Below, piece after piece: positions 30,622 through 40,413 of a stretch of DNA of 64,000 nucleotides. Under the pieces are notes generated by a model. It searched no databases, had not been told where the DNA came from, and saw only the letters and a program-made list of their open reading frames with translations. The DNA is from an uncultured delta proteobacterium (GTDB lineage Bacteria > Desulfobacterota > Binatia > Binatales > Binataceae). The stretch lies in NCBI GenBank assembly GCA_963724765.1, contig CAVRVY010000002.1, positions 64,001 to 128,000 on the forward strand, given 5' to 3'. The position numbers and the translations under genes are program-made. How positions within the stretch are numbered: position 1 is the first letter of the stretch; the number at the start of each line of letters is the position of its first letter.

Positions 30622-31709
30622 CCCCAGGCGAGGCTGGAGCAGCGCGTAATATCTTCCACCCCGGCGGGCACCCAGGAGATGAAGTGATAGTGCCTGCCGG
30701 GACGAACATATCTCGGCCCCCCTCCGCATTCGAGATCGCCGCCGATCGCATATTTCGGCGCTGTACGCTGGCCATCGCATGGTTCACGGTCATTCTCGTC
30801 TTCTGCGTGGTCTTCAGTATCGGGCGGCAGGCGATGCCGTCGATTCGCAGCTATGGCCTGGGTTTTCTGAGCGGAACCGCCTGGGACTCCAATCGCGCGC
30901 AGTTCGGAATCCTGCCGGCGATCGTCGGGACTTTGTATAGTTCGATACTCGGATTGGCCATCGGAACGGTCTTTGGCCTGGCTATTGCCATATTTCTGAG
31001 CGAAGGCTTCCTGTCCTCCGGACTTGATACCGCGCTCGGCTACTTGCGGCTGTCAGAGTATTCGTGGCTGAACTCGTTACCCAGACGCCTCGAGAATGTG
31101 CTCAAAATCACCGTCGAGTTGCTGGCCGCGATCCCCAGCGTCGTTTACGGGCTGTGGGGAATCTTTGTCGTGATTCCATTCGTCCGTCCGCCGGCGAACT
31201 GGCTGCACTCGCATCTCGGATGGATTCCGATTTTCGGCACTGGCCTTAGCGGTCCCGGGTTGCTGCCGGCTTCGATCGTGCTGGCAATCATGGTGCTGCC
31301 GACCATCTCCGCCATTTCGCGCGACGCGCTGGTCGCGGTGCCGCCGAAACTGCGCGAAGCCGCCTTCGGGATGGGCGCCACGCGCTGGGAGGCGATCCTG
31401 GCGATTTTCGTGCCGACCGCGGCGACCGGAATTTTCGGCGCGGTCATCCTGGGGTTCGGCCGCGCGCTGGGCGAGACGATGGCGCTCGCGATGCTGGCGG
31501 GCAACGCCAATGTAATCAGTTGGTCGCTCTTTTCGCCGGCCAATACGCTCGCGGCGCTGCTCGCAAATCATTTTCCGGAAGCCGACAAAATCGAAATCGG
31601 CGCCCTGATGTACGCCGCCCTGGTGCTGCTGGCAATTACCTTGGTGGTCAATATCATCGGCACCTTGATCCTTCAGCGCGCCGACGCGGGCCTCAAGGGG
31701 TTGCGCTGA
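30618..31709 (+). CDS. pstC: Phosphate ABC transporter permease
   Basis: LLAAIPSVVYGLWG, REAAFGMGATRWE, GRALGETMA. Confidence 0.95.
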   Translation: MTPGEAGAARNIFHPGGHPGDEVIVPAGTNISRPPSAFEIAADRIFRRCTLAIAWFTVILVFCVVFSIGRQAMPSIRSYGLGFLSGTAWDSNRAQFGILPAIVGTLYSSILGLAIGTVFGLAIAIFLSEGFLSSGLDTALGYLRLSEYSWLNSLPRRLENVLKITVELLAAIPSVVYGLWGIFVVIPFVRPPANWLHSHLGWIPIFGTGLSGPGLLPASIVLAIMVLPTISAISRDALVAVPPKLREAAFGMGATRWEAILAIFVPTAATGIFGAVILGFGRALGETMALAMLAGNANVISWSLFSPANTLAALLANHFPEADKIEIGALMYAALVLLAITLVVNIIGTLILQRADAGLKGLR

Positions 31710-32644
31710 TGGCGGCGCCGATACAGGGTCCGGCCGCGAGCCCCGAGATTGACCTGGAGGGTCTTGAGCACTCGTTGCGCCGGCCACGCACGCTTTTCAG
31801 CTACCTGATGAGCCTGCTCACCGGTGCGGCCACGATCGCCGCACTTTTTCCTTTGTTCTCAGTGCTTTATCTGCTGGTAGTGCGAGGCGCTGCAACGCTT
31901 AGCCTGAGCACGTTGCGCGACCTTCCGCCCGCCGCGATGGAGGCCGGTGGCGGCTTCGGCAATGCCATCGTGGGCACGTTCGTTGTAGTTGCTATAGCCA
32001 CCTTGCTTAGCGTACCCTTCGGCATTCTGGCGGCAATCTATATCACCGAATTCGGGCCCGAGACCCGAACCGCCTCGGCGGTGCGTTTCGCGGCCAAGGT
32101 GCTGACCGGCCTGCCGTCGATTCTGGCGGGTGTCTTTGCTTTCGCGGTGGTCGTGGCGGTGACGGGCGAGTTTTCCGCGCCCGCGGGCGGAGTCGCACTG
32201 GCACTGCTGATGCTCCCGACGGTTTTGCTGACCGCCGAAGAGGCGATCAAGCGGGTGCCGTCGCGGATGCGGGAAGCGGCAATCGGAATGGGCGCAACGC
32301 CGACGCAGGTTGTGACAAAAGTGATCGTGCCGACCGCCGCGCCTGCGATGCTGACGGGCGTGATGCTCGCGGTGGCGCGCGCCGCTGGGGAAACGGCGCC
32401 GCTCTTGTTCACCGCGCTGTTCAGCAATTTCTGGATGAGCCGGACGGCGCCGAATTTTCTGCCCAAGACCATGGGCGATCTGATGAAGCCGACCGCCTCG
32501 CTCGCGGTCATGATCTATAATTTTTCCGGCTCGCCATTCGAAAATCAGATAGCACTGGCGTGGACCGCCGCGCTGGTGCTGGTGGTGATCGTCCTGATAT
32601 TCAACGTGGTCGGCCAAGCGGTGGCTGGACGATCCGCCGACTAG
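31709..32644 (+). CDS. pstA: Phosphate ABC transporter permease
   Basis: GLPSILAG, REAAIGMGA, ARAAGETAPLL; ATG overlaps the pstC stop. Confidence 0.95.
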   Translation: MAAPIQGPAASPEIDLEGLEHSLRRPRTLFSYLMSLLTGAATIAALFPLFSVLYLLVVRGAATLSLSTLRDLPPAAMEAGGGFGNAIVGTFVVVAIATLLSVPFGILAAIYITEFGPETRTASAVRFAAKVLTGLPSILAGVFAFAVVVAVTGEFSAPAGGVALALLMLPTVLLTAEEAIKRVPSRMREAAIGMGATPTQVVTKVIVPTAAPAMLTGVMLAVARAAGETAPLLFTALFSNFWMSRTAPNFLPKTMGDLMKPTASLAVMIYNFSGSPFENQIALAWTAALVLVVIVLIFNVVGQAVAGRSAD

Positions 32645-32647
32645 CTA

Positions 32648-33496
32648 ATGGAGATGGGCATGCCAGTTACACCGGTGACAACGAACGGACACGCAAACGG
32701 CGCGCATGACGAAATGCTGCAAAACGGCACGCTTATCGATTGCAATATTGACGAGCTTCACTACGGCAAGTTCAAGGCCGTGCGCGACGTCGCGCTCAAA
32801 GTGAAGAAGGGCACGATCACCGCCTTCATCGGTCCCTCGGGATGCGGCAAGAGCACGGTGCTCCGCTGCCTCAACCGGATGAACGATCTGGTGCGCGGAT
32901 TTCGCCTCAAAGGCCACGTGATCTTCCGCGGCCAGGACATCTACGCCTCCCGGGTCGATCCGGTCGCCGTGCGCCGGCATATCGGGATGGTATTCCAGCA
33001 GCCCAATCCGTTCGCGATGAGCATCTTTCGCAACGTCGCCTTCGGACTGCGGTTGAACCGCTACAAGGGTCCGGTCGCGGACAAGGTCGAAGCGGCCTTG
33101 CGCCAGGCCGCGCTGTGGGACGAGGTCAAGGACAAGCTTCGAACGAGCGCGCTGGCGCTCTCCGGCGGACAGCAACAGCGGCTATGCATCGCGCGCGCCG
33201 TTGCCACCGAGCCGGCCGTGCTGCTGATGGACGAGCCGTGCTCGGCGCTCGATCCGATAGCGACGCGCCGGATCGAAGAGTTGATGACGGAGCTGAAGAA
33301 GAAGTACACCATCGCGATCGTCACGCATAATCTCCAGCAGGCCAAGCGCGTCGCGGACACGACCGCCTTCCTGTACGTGGACACTTCCGCCGGCGGCAGG
33401 ACTGGCTACATGGTCGAGTACGGCCCGACCCAGGCGATTTTCGAGAACCCCAGGGAAGAGCATACCAAGGAATATATCCGCGGCGAGTTCAGTTAA
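32648..33496 (+). CDS. pstB: Phosphate ABC transporter ATP-binding protein
   Basis: [31 protein letters not shown]. Confidence 0.96.
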   Translation: MEMGMPVTPVTTNGHANGAHDEMLQNGTLIDCNIDELHYGKFKAVRDVALKVKKGTITAFIGPSGCGKSTVLRCLNRMNDLVRGFRLKGHVIFRGQDIYASRVDPVAVRRHIGMVFQQPNPFAMSIFRNVAFGLRLNRYKGPVADKVEAALRQAALWDEVKDKLRTSALALSGGQQQRLCIARAVATEPAVLLMDEPCSALDPIATRRIEELMTELKKKYTIAIVTHNLQQAKRVADTTAFLYVDTSAGGRTGYMVEYGPTQAIFENPREEHTKEYIRGEFS

Positions 33497-33576
33497 GCCC
33501 GGATTGAGGCGGACTGACTATTCGCGCCGCGCCGCCCGGCCGCGGGATGCGCCTTTTGGGTGGCCGCGCCAGTGTT

Positions 33577-34689
33577 TCAGGACGGCCTTTTCGGCGCCGA
33601 TGGGACTCCTGCCTCAAGCTCCAGAGGCAGTTCAAATTTGATCTCCTGCGGCGGCTCGCAGACGGTGTCACTGCACGGCTGGAACCGCAACGTGCCGGCG
33701 ATCTTGTACGGCCCCGGAGCGATCGTTTTGCCGAAGGGCTCCATGAATTTCGCCGGCATCGGCGGGCTCCATTTGATCCCTAGTTTGCCGGTAGCGAGAA
33801 CTTCGCCCTCATACACCGGCAGCGTTTCACCGAGCGCCTCGAGCAGCATCGGCTTCGCCGCCGGCAATTCGATTGATTGTTCGCCGACGATTGGGCTCTG
33901 AAAAATCAATTCGGTCGGCCGATAGTTAGCGGGCAGCGGCTTGCCGTAAATATGCCAGCCCGGTTTCAGGCGGATATGCAGCGCGGTTGCCAGCTCCTGG
34001 CCGGGGAAGCATCGGTCGGCCGACAGCGTCACGGTCGCGTTGAACGCGCCTGCGCCGATCTCGACCGAGTTCATCGAGGAGGCGGCGCCGCTCGTGTTGC
34101 GCAGTGCGAGCGCGGTTGCCGAGGCGCGATGTTCGTAGCTTGGGAGGAACAGCTTGTCGCGCACGATACCGTCGGGCGCGATCAGGTAGTCACCCGGAAA
34201 CGGTATCCCGTACATCATCCTGTGATCTTCGGGGATGTTGGTATTAAAAATTCCGAACGCGCGAATCACCTTGCTGCCGGCGTCCGAGAGCAGGGGATAG
34301 GCAATCTTGTAGGCGTCGCCGAAGGCGGCGAGAATTTCGCGTGAATCGTAGGTGATCGACGCGGCGTTGATTCCAGCGGTCTTCAGCGTCCCCAGCGACT
34401 GCTGCAGCTCGACGAGCTGGTTGCGGCAGTAGGGTCACCAATCGGCGCTACGGCTGAAGATCAGCAGCAGGCCGTTAGGTCCCGAGAGATCTTTCAGCGT
34501 GTGGTTTTTGCCGTGCTGGTCGGGCAGCGTGAAGTCGGGAACTCGCTCTCCAATTTCCGGCCCTGTGCGATAGCCGTCGTTCTGAGCGGCTACGAAGCGG
34601 CCCCATTCCTCGGAGGTGATATCGCTTCCACCGCCGCCGAACTTGCGGATCACGCCATGCAGGATTTCAGCCTTCGCTTTTGCGTCCAT
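33577..34689 (-). CDS. Probable selenoprotein: AhpC/TSA-type redoxin (UxxC) fused to a DsbD N-terminal (alpha)-like domain, 370 aa
   Basis: ORFs 34435..34689 and 33577..34269 are in frame and separated only by TGA 34437-34435, giving ...IFSRSADW-U-PYCRNQLVELQ...YPLLSDAGSKVIRAFG; C-terminal LKPGWHIYG...FQPCSDTVCEPP. Confidence 0.85.
34398..34430 (-). promoter_or_regulatory. Bacterial SECIS-like hairpin
   Basis: After UGA: lower stem ACUGC/GCAGU, upper stem CAGCUC/GAGCUG, apical loop GUC beginning with G, 21 nt from the UGA. Confidence 0.7.
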
Positions 34690-34811
34690 GATGGCTCAGT
34701 CTCGCAAAGCATGGCTCTTTTAGCTAGCGCCCCTTAGCGGCGCTTCCTCGCTCAACCACCGAGGGGTAAGGATTGCACGTTACCTCCTGGCCCGCTGCAT
34801 GGAATGCTCAT

Positions 34812-36659
34812 TTATTTGTCGTCGGGCGCAAAGTAATTGCGAATCGCGGCGATCAGCGCGGGAACTGTGTATTCAGCCGGCTGCACGACCACTTGCAGGC
34901 CGGCGGTGCGGGCGGTCTCGGCGGTTATCGGACCGATTGCCGCGGCCTTGAGCCCGCGCGCTACATCGGTTCCGACCATCTCGCAGAAATTCGTCACCGT
35001 GCTGGAACTGGTGAAGGCGACGAGGTCGATCTGTCCCGCCGCCGCCATCTCACGCACGCGCTCGACCGGCGCGTTCGCGGGCTTCACCGTTTTGTAAACC
35101 GGCACCACGATGACCTCGCGCGCGCCGGCGGCTATCAGCATCTCGGGCAGCACCTCGCGCGCCACCTGGGCGCGGGGAATCAGAATCCGCGCACCGCGGA
35201 TACGCTCGGCGCCGATCGCTTCGACAATCGCCTCGGCGCGATACTCAGTTGGTATAGCGGCGACGGCGAGGGCATGCTCGGCCAGGCGTGCGGCGGTGGC
35301 GGGACCGATCGCCCCGAGCTTCGCGCCGCCGAACGCGCGCGAATCGCCGCCGCGCGTCCTCATCCGCTCAAGCATCCGCTCGACGCCGCTTGCGCTGGTG
35401 AAGATCACCCAATCGAAGGACGCCGCGCGGTCGAGCGCCGCGTCGATCGCCGCATAGCTGTCGGGCGCGACGAGCTCGATAGTCGGAAATTCCGTCACCC
35501 TGGCGCCGAACGCGCGCAAGCCGGCGGCGAAGGAGCCGCCGGCCTCGCGCGCGCGCGTGATTACGACGCTGCGCCCGTGAAGCGGCATCGCGACGGAGGT
35601 CTCGGGCCGCGCGCCTGGCGCGGGCGCGCGGCCCGAGACCTCCGCCGCGCCCGCCGCCGCGTCATCGCCGCCGGGCACCCCGTCGCCCGCGATGAGCGCG
35701 CCGGCCCCGCCCTCGAGCATGCGCTCCGCTAGCCGCGCGCCGAGCGCGGCGGCGCGCTCCAACGGAGCGCCCGGCGCGTCGCCATCGACCACCTTGTCCG
35801 AGATTTCGTCGATCAGGTGATGCGCGCCATCGACGCTGAAGACCAGCGCGCGCATCCCGAGCGTGACCGCGTCCAATCGCGCGAAGACGCCGATGGGCGA
35901 TACGCACGAGGCGCCGAGCGCGGCCAGGAAAGCGCGCTCGGCGGCGGTTTCGATATGGGCCCGCGGATCGTCGAGCACGGCGACCGCGGCCTCGAGCTCA
36001 GCCGAACCGCCTACCGGCCGCCCCGCGAGCGCCTCGATACAGAGCGCGCCCTGGCCGCCGCACGGGACGAAGTCGCGCTCATCGAGCGTGGCGACGCCGA
36101 CGCCGTCCACGGCGTCGGCGTCGCCACGCTCGAGCCGCCTCAGCCCCGCGATCGCGAGGATGATGGCGTCGAAGTCGCCGGCGGCGAGGCGCGCAAGGCG
36201 CGTATCAACGTTGCCGCGCAGCGCCACCGGTTCCAGGTCGGGGCGCAGGCGCAGCGCCTCGAAGCGCCGGCGCGCCGACGAGGTGCCAAGGCGCGCGCCG
36301 CGCGGCAGCGCGGCGAGCGAGCCGCCGGCGCGCGAGAGCAGCGCGTCCCGCGCATCGGCGCGTTCGGGCACCGCGGCGATACGGAAGCCGGCGGCGAGCC
36401 GGGCCGGCAGGTCCTTCATCGAATGCACTGCCAGGTCGATGCGGCCGTCGCTGAGCGCCTGCTCCAGTTCCTTGATGAAGAGTCCCTTGCCGCCGACCTG
36501 GGCGAGCGCGGCCGTGGCCATCCGGTCGCCGCTGGTGCGAATCGCAACGATCTCGATGGTCACGGACGGAACGCGCGCCGCGAGCTCTTGCCGCACCAAT
36601 TCGGCCTGGGCGAGCGCGAGGCGGCTGGGACGCGAACCGATACGAAGTGCGGAGGTCAT
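34812..36659 (-). CDS. hemC: Fused hydroxymethylbilane synthase (HemC) and uroporphyrinogen-III synthase (HemD)
   Basis: GSRPSRLALAQ, GKGLFIKE, VHSMKD, GTSSARR, RGNVDTRL, then VVITRA, IFTSASGV, AIGPATA, FTSSSTV in one frame. Confidence 0.93.
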   Translation of the reverse strand: MTSALRIGSRPSRLALAQAELVRQELAARVPSVTIEIVAIRTSGDRMATAALAQVGGKGLFIKELEQALSDGRIDLAVHSMKDLPARLAAGFRIAAVPERADARDALLSRAGGSLAALPRGARLGTSSARRRFEALRLRPDLEPVALRGNVDTRLARLAAGDFDAIILAIAGLRRLERGDADAVDGVGVATLDERDFVPCGGQGALCIEALAGRPVGGSAELEAAVAVLDDPRAHIETAAERAFLAALGASCVSPIGVFARLDAVTLGMRALVFSVDGAHHLIDEISDKVVDGDAPGAPLERAAALGARLAERMLEGGAGALIAGDGVPGGDDAAAGAAEVSGRAPAPGARPETSVAMPLHGRSVVITRAREAGGSFAAGLRAFGARVTEFPTIELVAPDSYAAIDAALDRAASFDWVIFTSASGVERMLERMRTRGGDSRAFGGAKLGAIGPATAARLAEHALAVAAIPTEYRAEAIVEAIGAERIRGARILIPRAQVAREVLPEMLIAAGAREVIVVPVYKTVKPANAPVERVREMAAAGQIDLVAFTSSSTVTNFCEMVGTDVARGLKAAAIGPITAETARTAGLQVVVQPAEYTVPALIAAIRNYFAPDDK

Positions 36660-36660
36660 C

Positions 36661-36671
36661 TATATATATAT
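36661..36671. repeat. (TA)n microsatellite directly upstream of the hemC start
   Basis: TATATATATAT in otherwise very GC-rich DNA. Confidence 0.6.
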
Positions 36672-36711
36672 GTTGATGTCGCAGGATAGGCCGCATGGAA
36701 GCGGCCGCGGG

Positions 36712-38076
36712 TCAGGCTTCCTCGTCGTCGTCGTCAGTGTCGAGGTCCAGCTCGAAGTCGAGGTTGGAAACCGTGCCACCCGGCACGGGTCCCTCGGCCA
36801 CCAGCTCGCCACACAGCAGGCGGCGCGCAATCTCGGCGGTATATACCGGGTCGGGCGAGCCGGCGCCGGTGCTGCGCAGGCCGGCCAGGATGCGATGGAG
36901 CAGCTTGTTGACCAGCGTGCGCGTGAGCGCTTCGATACGCAGGCGCTCGGCCGGCTCCATTGTGGCCAGCCATGCGCGATGGCGTCCGAGTTCGGCGTCG
37001 CGCAGTTGCTCGATGCTGACCCGGATATCCTTGATTGCCGGAACCAGGTCCAGCCCGCCCATCCAGCGCATGAACGAGGTGAGTGCGTCGGCGACGATGG
37101 TCTCGGCCTTGTCGGCCTCACGCGCGCGCTCGCCGAGCGCCTCGGTCACCACTGCGCCGAGATCGTCGATATCATATAGATACACGTTCTCCATGGCGTT
37201 TAGCCGTTCGTCGAAGTTGCGCGGCACGCCCAGGTCGATGAGGAACAGCGGACGGTAGCGGCGCTCGCGCAGGACGGCCTCGAAGTCATCGGGCTCGAGC
37301 ACCGGCCGCGCGGCCGCAAGCGAGCCGATCACGATGTCGGCGATCTTGAGGTAAGGGCGATGGTTCTCGAAGGGAACGGCAGTGCCGCCGAGCGCGCGCG
37401 CCAGCGCGACCGCATGGTCAAAGGTGCGGCTGGTCACCAGCAAGGTCTCAACGCCGAGCGCATGGAGCTGGCGCGCCGTCAGTTCGGCCATCTGGCCCGC
37501 GCCCATCAGCATCACAGTCTTGTCGCTGAGCGTATCGAAGATCTGTCCGGCCAGGCGCACCGCTGCCGAGCTGACCGACACTGAGCCGCGGCCGATAAGC
37601 GTCGCCTTGCGCACCCGTTTGGCGACCGAGAAGGCGCGATGAAAGGCGCGATGCAGCACCAGGCCGGCGCTCTCTGCCTCGGCCGCGTAGCCGTACGCCA
37701 GCTTGAGCTGGCCGAGGATTTGCGGCTCACCGACCACCATTGAGTCGAGGCTGGCGCCGACGCGGAACAGATGAAGCGCCGCGTCGCGGCCCTCGAAGCG
37801 GTAGAGCGCGCCGGCGAACAGCGCCGCGTCGACCTCGCGGTCGGCGGCGAGGAAGCTAACCGCTTCGTCGATCGCGCGGGCGGAGTCGGCCGCCACGCCG
37901 ATGATTTCGACCCGGTTGCAGGTCGAAATCAGCGCGGCTTCGGCCAGCGCAGGCGCGCGAGCCTTGAGCCGCGCAAGCGCCGCGACGATTTCGCCGTCGT
38001 CATAGGCCAGCCGCTCGCGGACCGCGACCTGGGCGGTGCGATGGTTGATGCCAACGATGAGAAGCTTTTCGTCCAT
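36712..38076 (-). CDS. hemA: Glutamyl-tRNA reductase
   Basis: HRTA...RERL, STCNRVE, SLDSMVVGEPQILGQ, GAGQM, DLGVPRN. Confidence 0.96.
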   Translation of the reverse strand: MDEKLLIVGINHRTAQVAVRERLAYDDGEIVAALARLKARAPALAEAALISTCNRVEIIGVAADSARAIDEAVSFLAADREVDAALFAGALYRFEGRDAALHLFRVGASLDSMVVGEPQILGQLKLAYGYAAEAESAGLVLHRAFHRAFSVAKRVRKATLIGRGSVSVSSAAVRLAGQIFDTLSDKTVMLMGAGQMAELTARQLHALGVETLLVTSRTFDHAVALARALGGTAVPFENHRPYLKIADIVIGSLAAARPVLEPDDFEAVLRERRYRPLFLIDLGVPRNFDERLNAMENVYLYDIDDLGAVVTEALGERAREADKAETIVADALTSFMRWMGGLDLVPAIKDIRVSIEQLRDAELGRHRAWLATMEPAERLRIEALTRTLVNKLLHRILAGLRSTGAGSPDPVYTAEIARRLLCGELVAEGPVPGGTVSNLDFELDLDTDDDDEEA

Positions 38077-38103
38077 CTGTCTGCGACTGCGCCCGCCCGG
38101 GCG

Positions 38104-38931
38104 TTAGCCGAAACTCCCACCGTGCTTGCCCGGAAAAAGCAGGCTCACGCTTAAGAACGAACCCAACAACACGGTAAAAACCGCCAGCGTCAGCGCTGCG
38201 GCCCGCCGCCCGCGCCATCCCGCCGCGATCCGCGATTCCAACAGTCCCGCGTACAACAGCCAGGTTATCAGCGACCACGATTCCTGTGGCTCCCATGACC
38301 AGAAATGACCCCACGTCGCATCCGCCCACAGCGCGCCGCTGACGATCGCCAGCGACAGCATCACGAAGCCCCATCCCAGCAGACGGTAGTTGATGCGGTC
38401 GAGCTTCTCCAGGCTCGGCATCGTTTGCCCCGCAGGCGACATTGGGCGCTTCGCCTTCAAACGTGACTCGTGCACCAGGTAGGCGAGGCTTACACCGGCC
38501 GCAACCACGAATAGCGCGTCGCCCAGAAATGCCAGCGTCACGTGGACCGGTAGCCATGCGCTGCGCAAACTGTCGGGAATAACCAGGCGGCCGCGACGCG
38601 TAAGCAGCATCGCCGCGCCGACCGCGGCCAGCACGCCAGGCGCCACAAAGGCTCCTAGCACCTGCATCCGCATCCGTAGTATGAGGACAAAGCTGACGAT
38701 CGCCGTGAGCCACGCCAGGAAGGACAACGACTGGGCGAAATTGGTGACCGGGATATTGCCAGCCTTGAGCGCGCCAATCACCAGATCCAGCGTGTGGAAC
38801 AGCACCGCCGCACCCAACAGCGGCACCGCCTGATCGGTCCAGCGCGGACGGTTGGCGGTGCGCCCGGCCACGAATCCCGTGGCGGAGAGCGCGTAGCATA
38901 CCAGGGCGGGCGGCAGCCAGATCGTATCCAT
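38104..38931 (-). CDS. Cytochrome c assembly (CcsA/HemX-like) membrane protein
   Basis: WWD motif GALWADATWGHFWSWEPQE; VHVT; multiple TM helices; directly upstream of hemA. Confidence 0.88.
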   Translation of the reverse strand: MDTIWLPPALVCYALSATGFVAGRTANRPRWTDQAVPLLGAAVLFHTLDLVIGALKAGNIPVTNFAQSLSFLAWLTAIVSFVLILRMRMQVLGAFVAPGVLAAVGAAMLLTRRGRLVIPDSLRSAWLPVHVTLAFLGDALFVVAAGVSLAYLVHESRLKAKRPMSPAGQTMPSLEKLDRINYRLLGWGFVMLSLAIVSGALWADATWGHFWSWEPQESWSLITWLLYAGLLESRIAAGWRGRRAAALTLAVFTVLLGSFLSVSLLFPGKHGGSFG

Positions 38932-39149
38932 ATCAATATGATTATGCGCCAGCACGCGGGATGGTCCGCCGCGCCATGCTCGGTGTTAAATAATGCCTGG
39001 TCGATAACCGGGTTCAACCAGCGCCGCGCCGACGTGCTCTGCTGACCGGCAATTGTATTACACCTGACTCGGAGGAGACAGGCTCGCGGACCGCGCGCGT
39101 AGCGCTACACTTGAGCGACAAGCAGATGGGAACGCAAGAGGGCAAAGAG

Positions 39150-39545
39150 ATGGAAGGCGTCGAAGTGAAAGCGCCGGCTAACCTGCGCGCGGTAAATCAG
39201 ACGCGCGCTACCGCGCTCTGCGAACACCTCGAAGAGGCCGGCGGGATGACGGGCAAGAGCCGTGGTCTGCTCGGACGCGACGCGCTCGAAGCGGAAGCGG
39301 GGATGCTGTTCGAGGCGGGTCGGCTGGAGCCGTTCATGTGCATGCACATGATGTTCATGCGCTTTGCGATCGATGTTGTCTTCCTCAATCGCGAGGGCAG
39401 GGTAATCCGGATCAACCACAACCTGCGCCCGTGGCGTATCTCATCGATCGTTTGGGGCGCACGCAAGGCGCTGGAACTGTCGGCCGGCGCAGCGGCGCGC
39501 AGCCAAACCGAGATCGGCGATCAAATCCTATTCGAGCGGTCTTAG
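39150..39545 (+). CDS. DUF192 family protein
   Basis: RGLLGR...HMMFMRFAIDVVFL...LRPWR...LELSAG. Confidence 0.88.
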   Translation: MEGVEVKAPANLRAVNQTRATALCEHLEEAGGMTGKSRGLLGRDALEAEAGMLFEAGRLEPFMCMHMMFMRFAIDVVFLNREGRVIRINHNLRPWRISSIVWGARKALELSAGAAARSQTEIGDQILFERS

Positions 39546-39609
39546 ACCAAGTCTCCTCCCCGCGTTCTGACTCTAATCCGCACGATAAATTCCTTTACGA
39601 CACGTTTTT

Positions 39610-39625
39610 GTTGCGTCTATGCAAC
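39610..39625. promoter_or_regulatory. Palindromic enhancer-like site GTTGC-N6-GCAAC (copy 1)
   Basis: GTTGC GTCTAT GCAAC, 89 bp upstream of a sigma-54 motif. Confidence 0.65.
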
Positions 39626-39698
39626 TGTGGCGGATGATTTCTGTGTCCGTGCTCTGAAAAACGTCAATAAATGTTCGATTTAGGCTCCAAACTAATTG

Positions 39699-39713
39699 TG
39701 GCACGTTCGATGC
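39699..39713 (+). promoter_or_regulatory. Sigma-54 promoter of flp1
   Basis: TGGCACG-TTCG-ATGC with exact GG-N10-GC spacing. Confidence 0.75.
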
Positions 39714-39920
39714 TGGACAATCGTGCATGGTCACGTCGTCAATTTGCGTGCATGACCACTTATTAACACCTTAAAAGATGCATAAAATAGAAGATAGCTG
39801 TCAGGTGTAACAATGAAAACTGTAACATATTTAAAAGCAGGCTTGGTTAGTAGAGTGGCGATTGAGGCAAAACCAGAAATCAGCCTCAATGAAACGGGAA
39901 GGATCAAGGAGGAGAAAAAG

Positions 39921-40112
39921 ATGGATTTGTTCACAAAGGCATTTTTGAAGGTGCGTGAGCGCTTCGTCCGGTTTCATCGCGCGCAGACGATGACTGAGTA
40001 CGCGCTCATCCTGGCGGCCGTCGCGGTTGTCGTGTACGGCACCTACCGCGCCTTGGGCAATAACATCGGCTCGCTCGCCAGCGGTGTCGATTCCGCTCTG
40101 ACCAACGCGTAA
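39921..40112 (+). CDS. flp: Flp family type IVb pilin (copy 1)
   Basis: AGGAGG RBS; RA^QTMTEYALILAAVAVVVYG. Confidence 0.92.
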   Translation: MDLFTKAFLKVRERFVRFHRAQTMTEYALILAAVAVVVYGTYRALGNNIGSLASGVDSALTNA

Positions 40113-40146
40113 GCAAGTCTAAAGAATCCGCCTGCATATCCATAAG

Positions 40147-40177
40147 CCCGGCGGGTGGTCAAACACCACCTGCCGGG
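40147..40177 (+). terminator. Hairpin after flp1
   Basis: CCCGGCGGGTGGT-caaac-ACCACCTGCCGGG; no U-tract. Confidence 0.5.
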
Positions 40178-40323
40178 TCCTGCCACGTTTAGCGGGATCT
40201 GAATGCTCTTCGCGGCACCAGTAGTCACCACGGCGCCGCGCTCTTGACCCTGATTCAGCGCTTTGACCCTGCGATTGACCACCTGATCCGGCGCTTCAGT
40301 ACCAAGAGCAGATCGAATCTGCC

Positions 40324-40339
40324 GTTGCAGCAACGCAAC
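40324..40339. promoter_or_regulatory. Palindromic enhancer-like site GTTGC-N6-GCAAC (copy 2)
   Basis: GTTGC AGCAAC GCAAC, 90 bp upstream of the second sigma-54 motif. Confidence 0.62.
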
Positions 40340-40413
40340 TTTCTGTTGCCGTTATTTGTGTTCAGACCATTCTTCAAAAGGTGAAACGGGCCTTTTTAGC
40401 TAAACAATGGCTC

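Noticed and set aside
34435-34689. Treating the redoxin as a nonsense pseudogene or two separate genes
   Set aside because: The stop is TGA exactly at the catalytic position, followed by a SECIS-like hairpin, with no other lesion.
39861-39890. c-di-GMP-I riboswitch suggested by GGCAAAACC...GAAA
   Set aside because: Lacks the GGGACGCAAA junction and second stem of that class.
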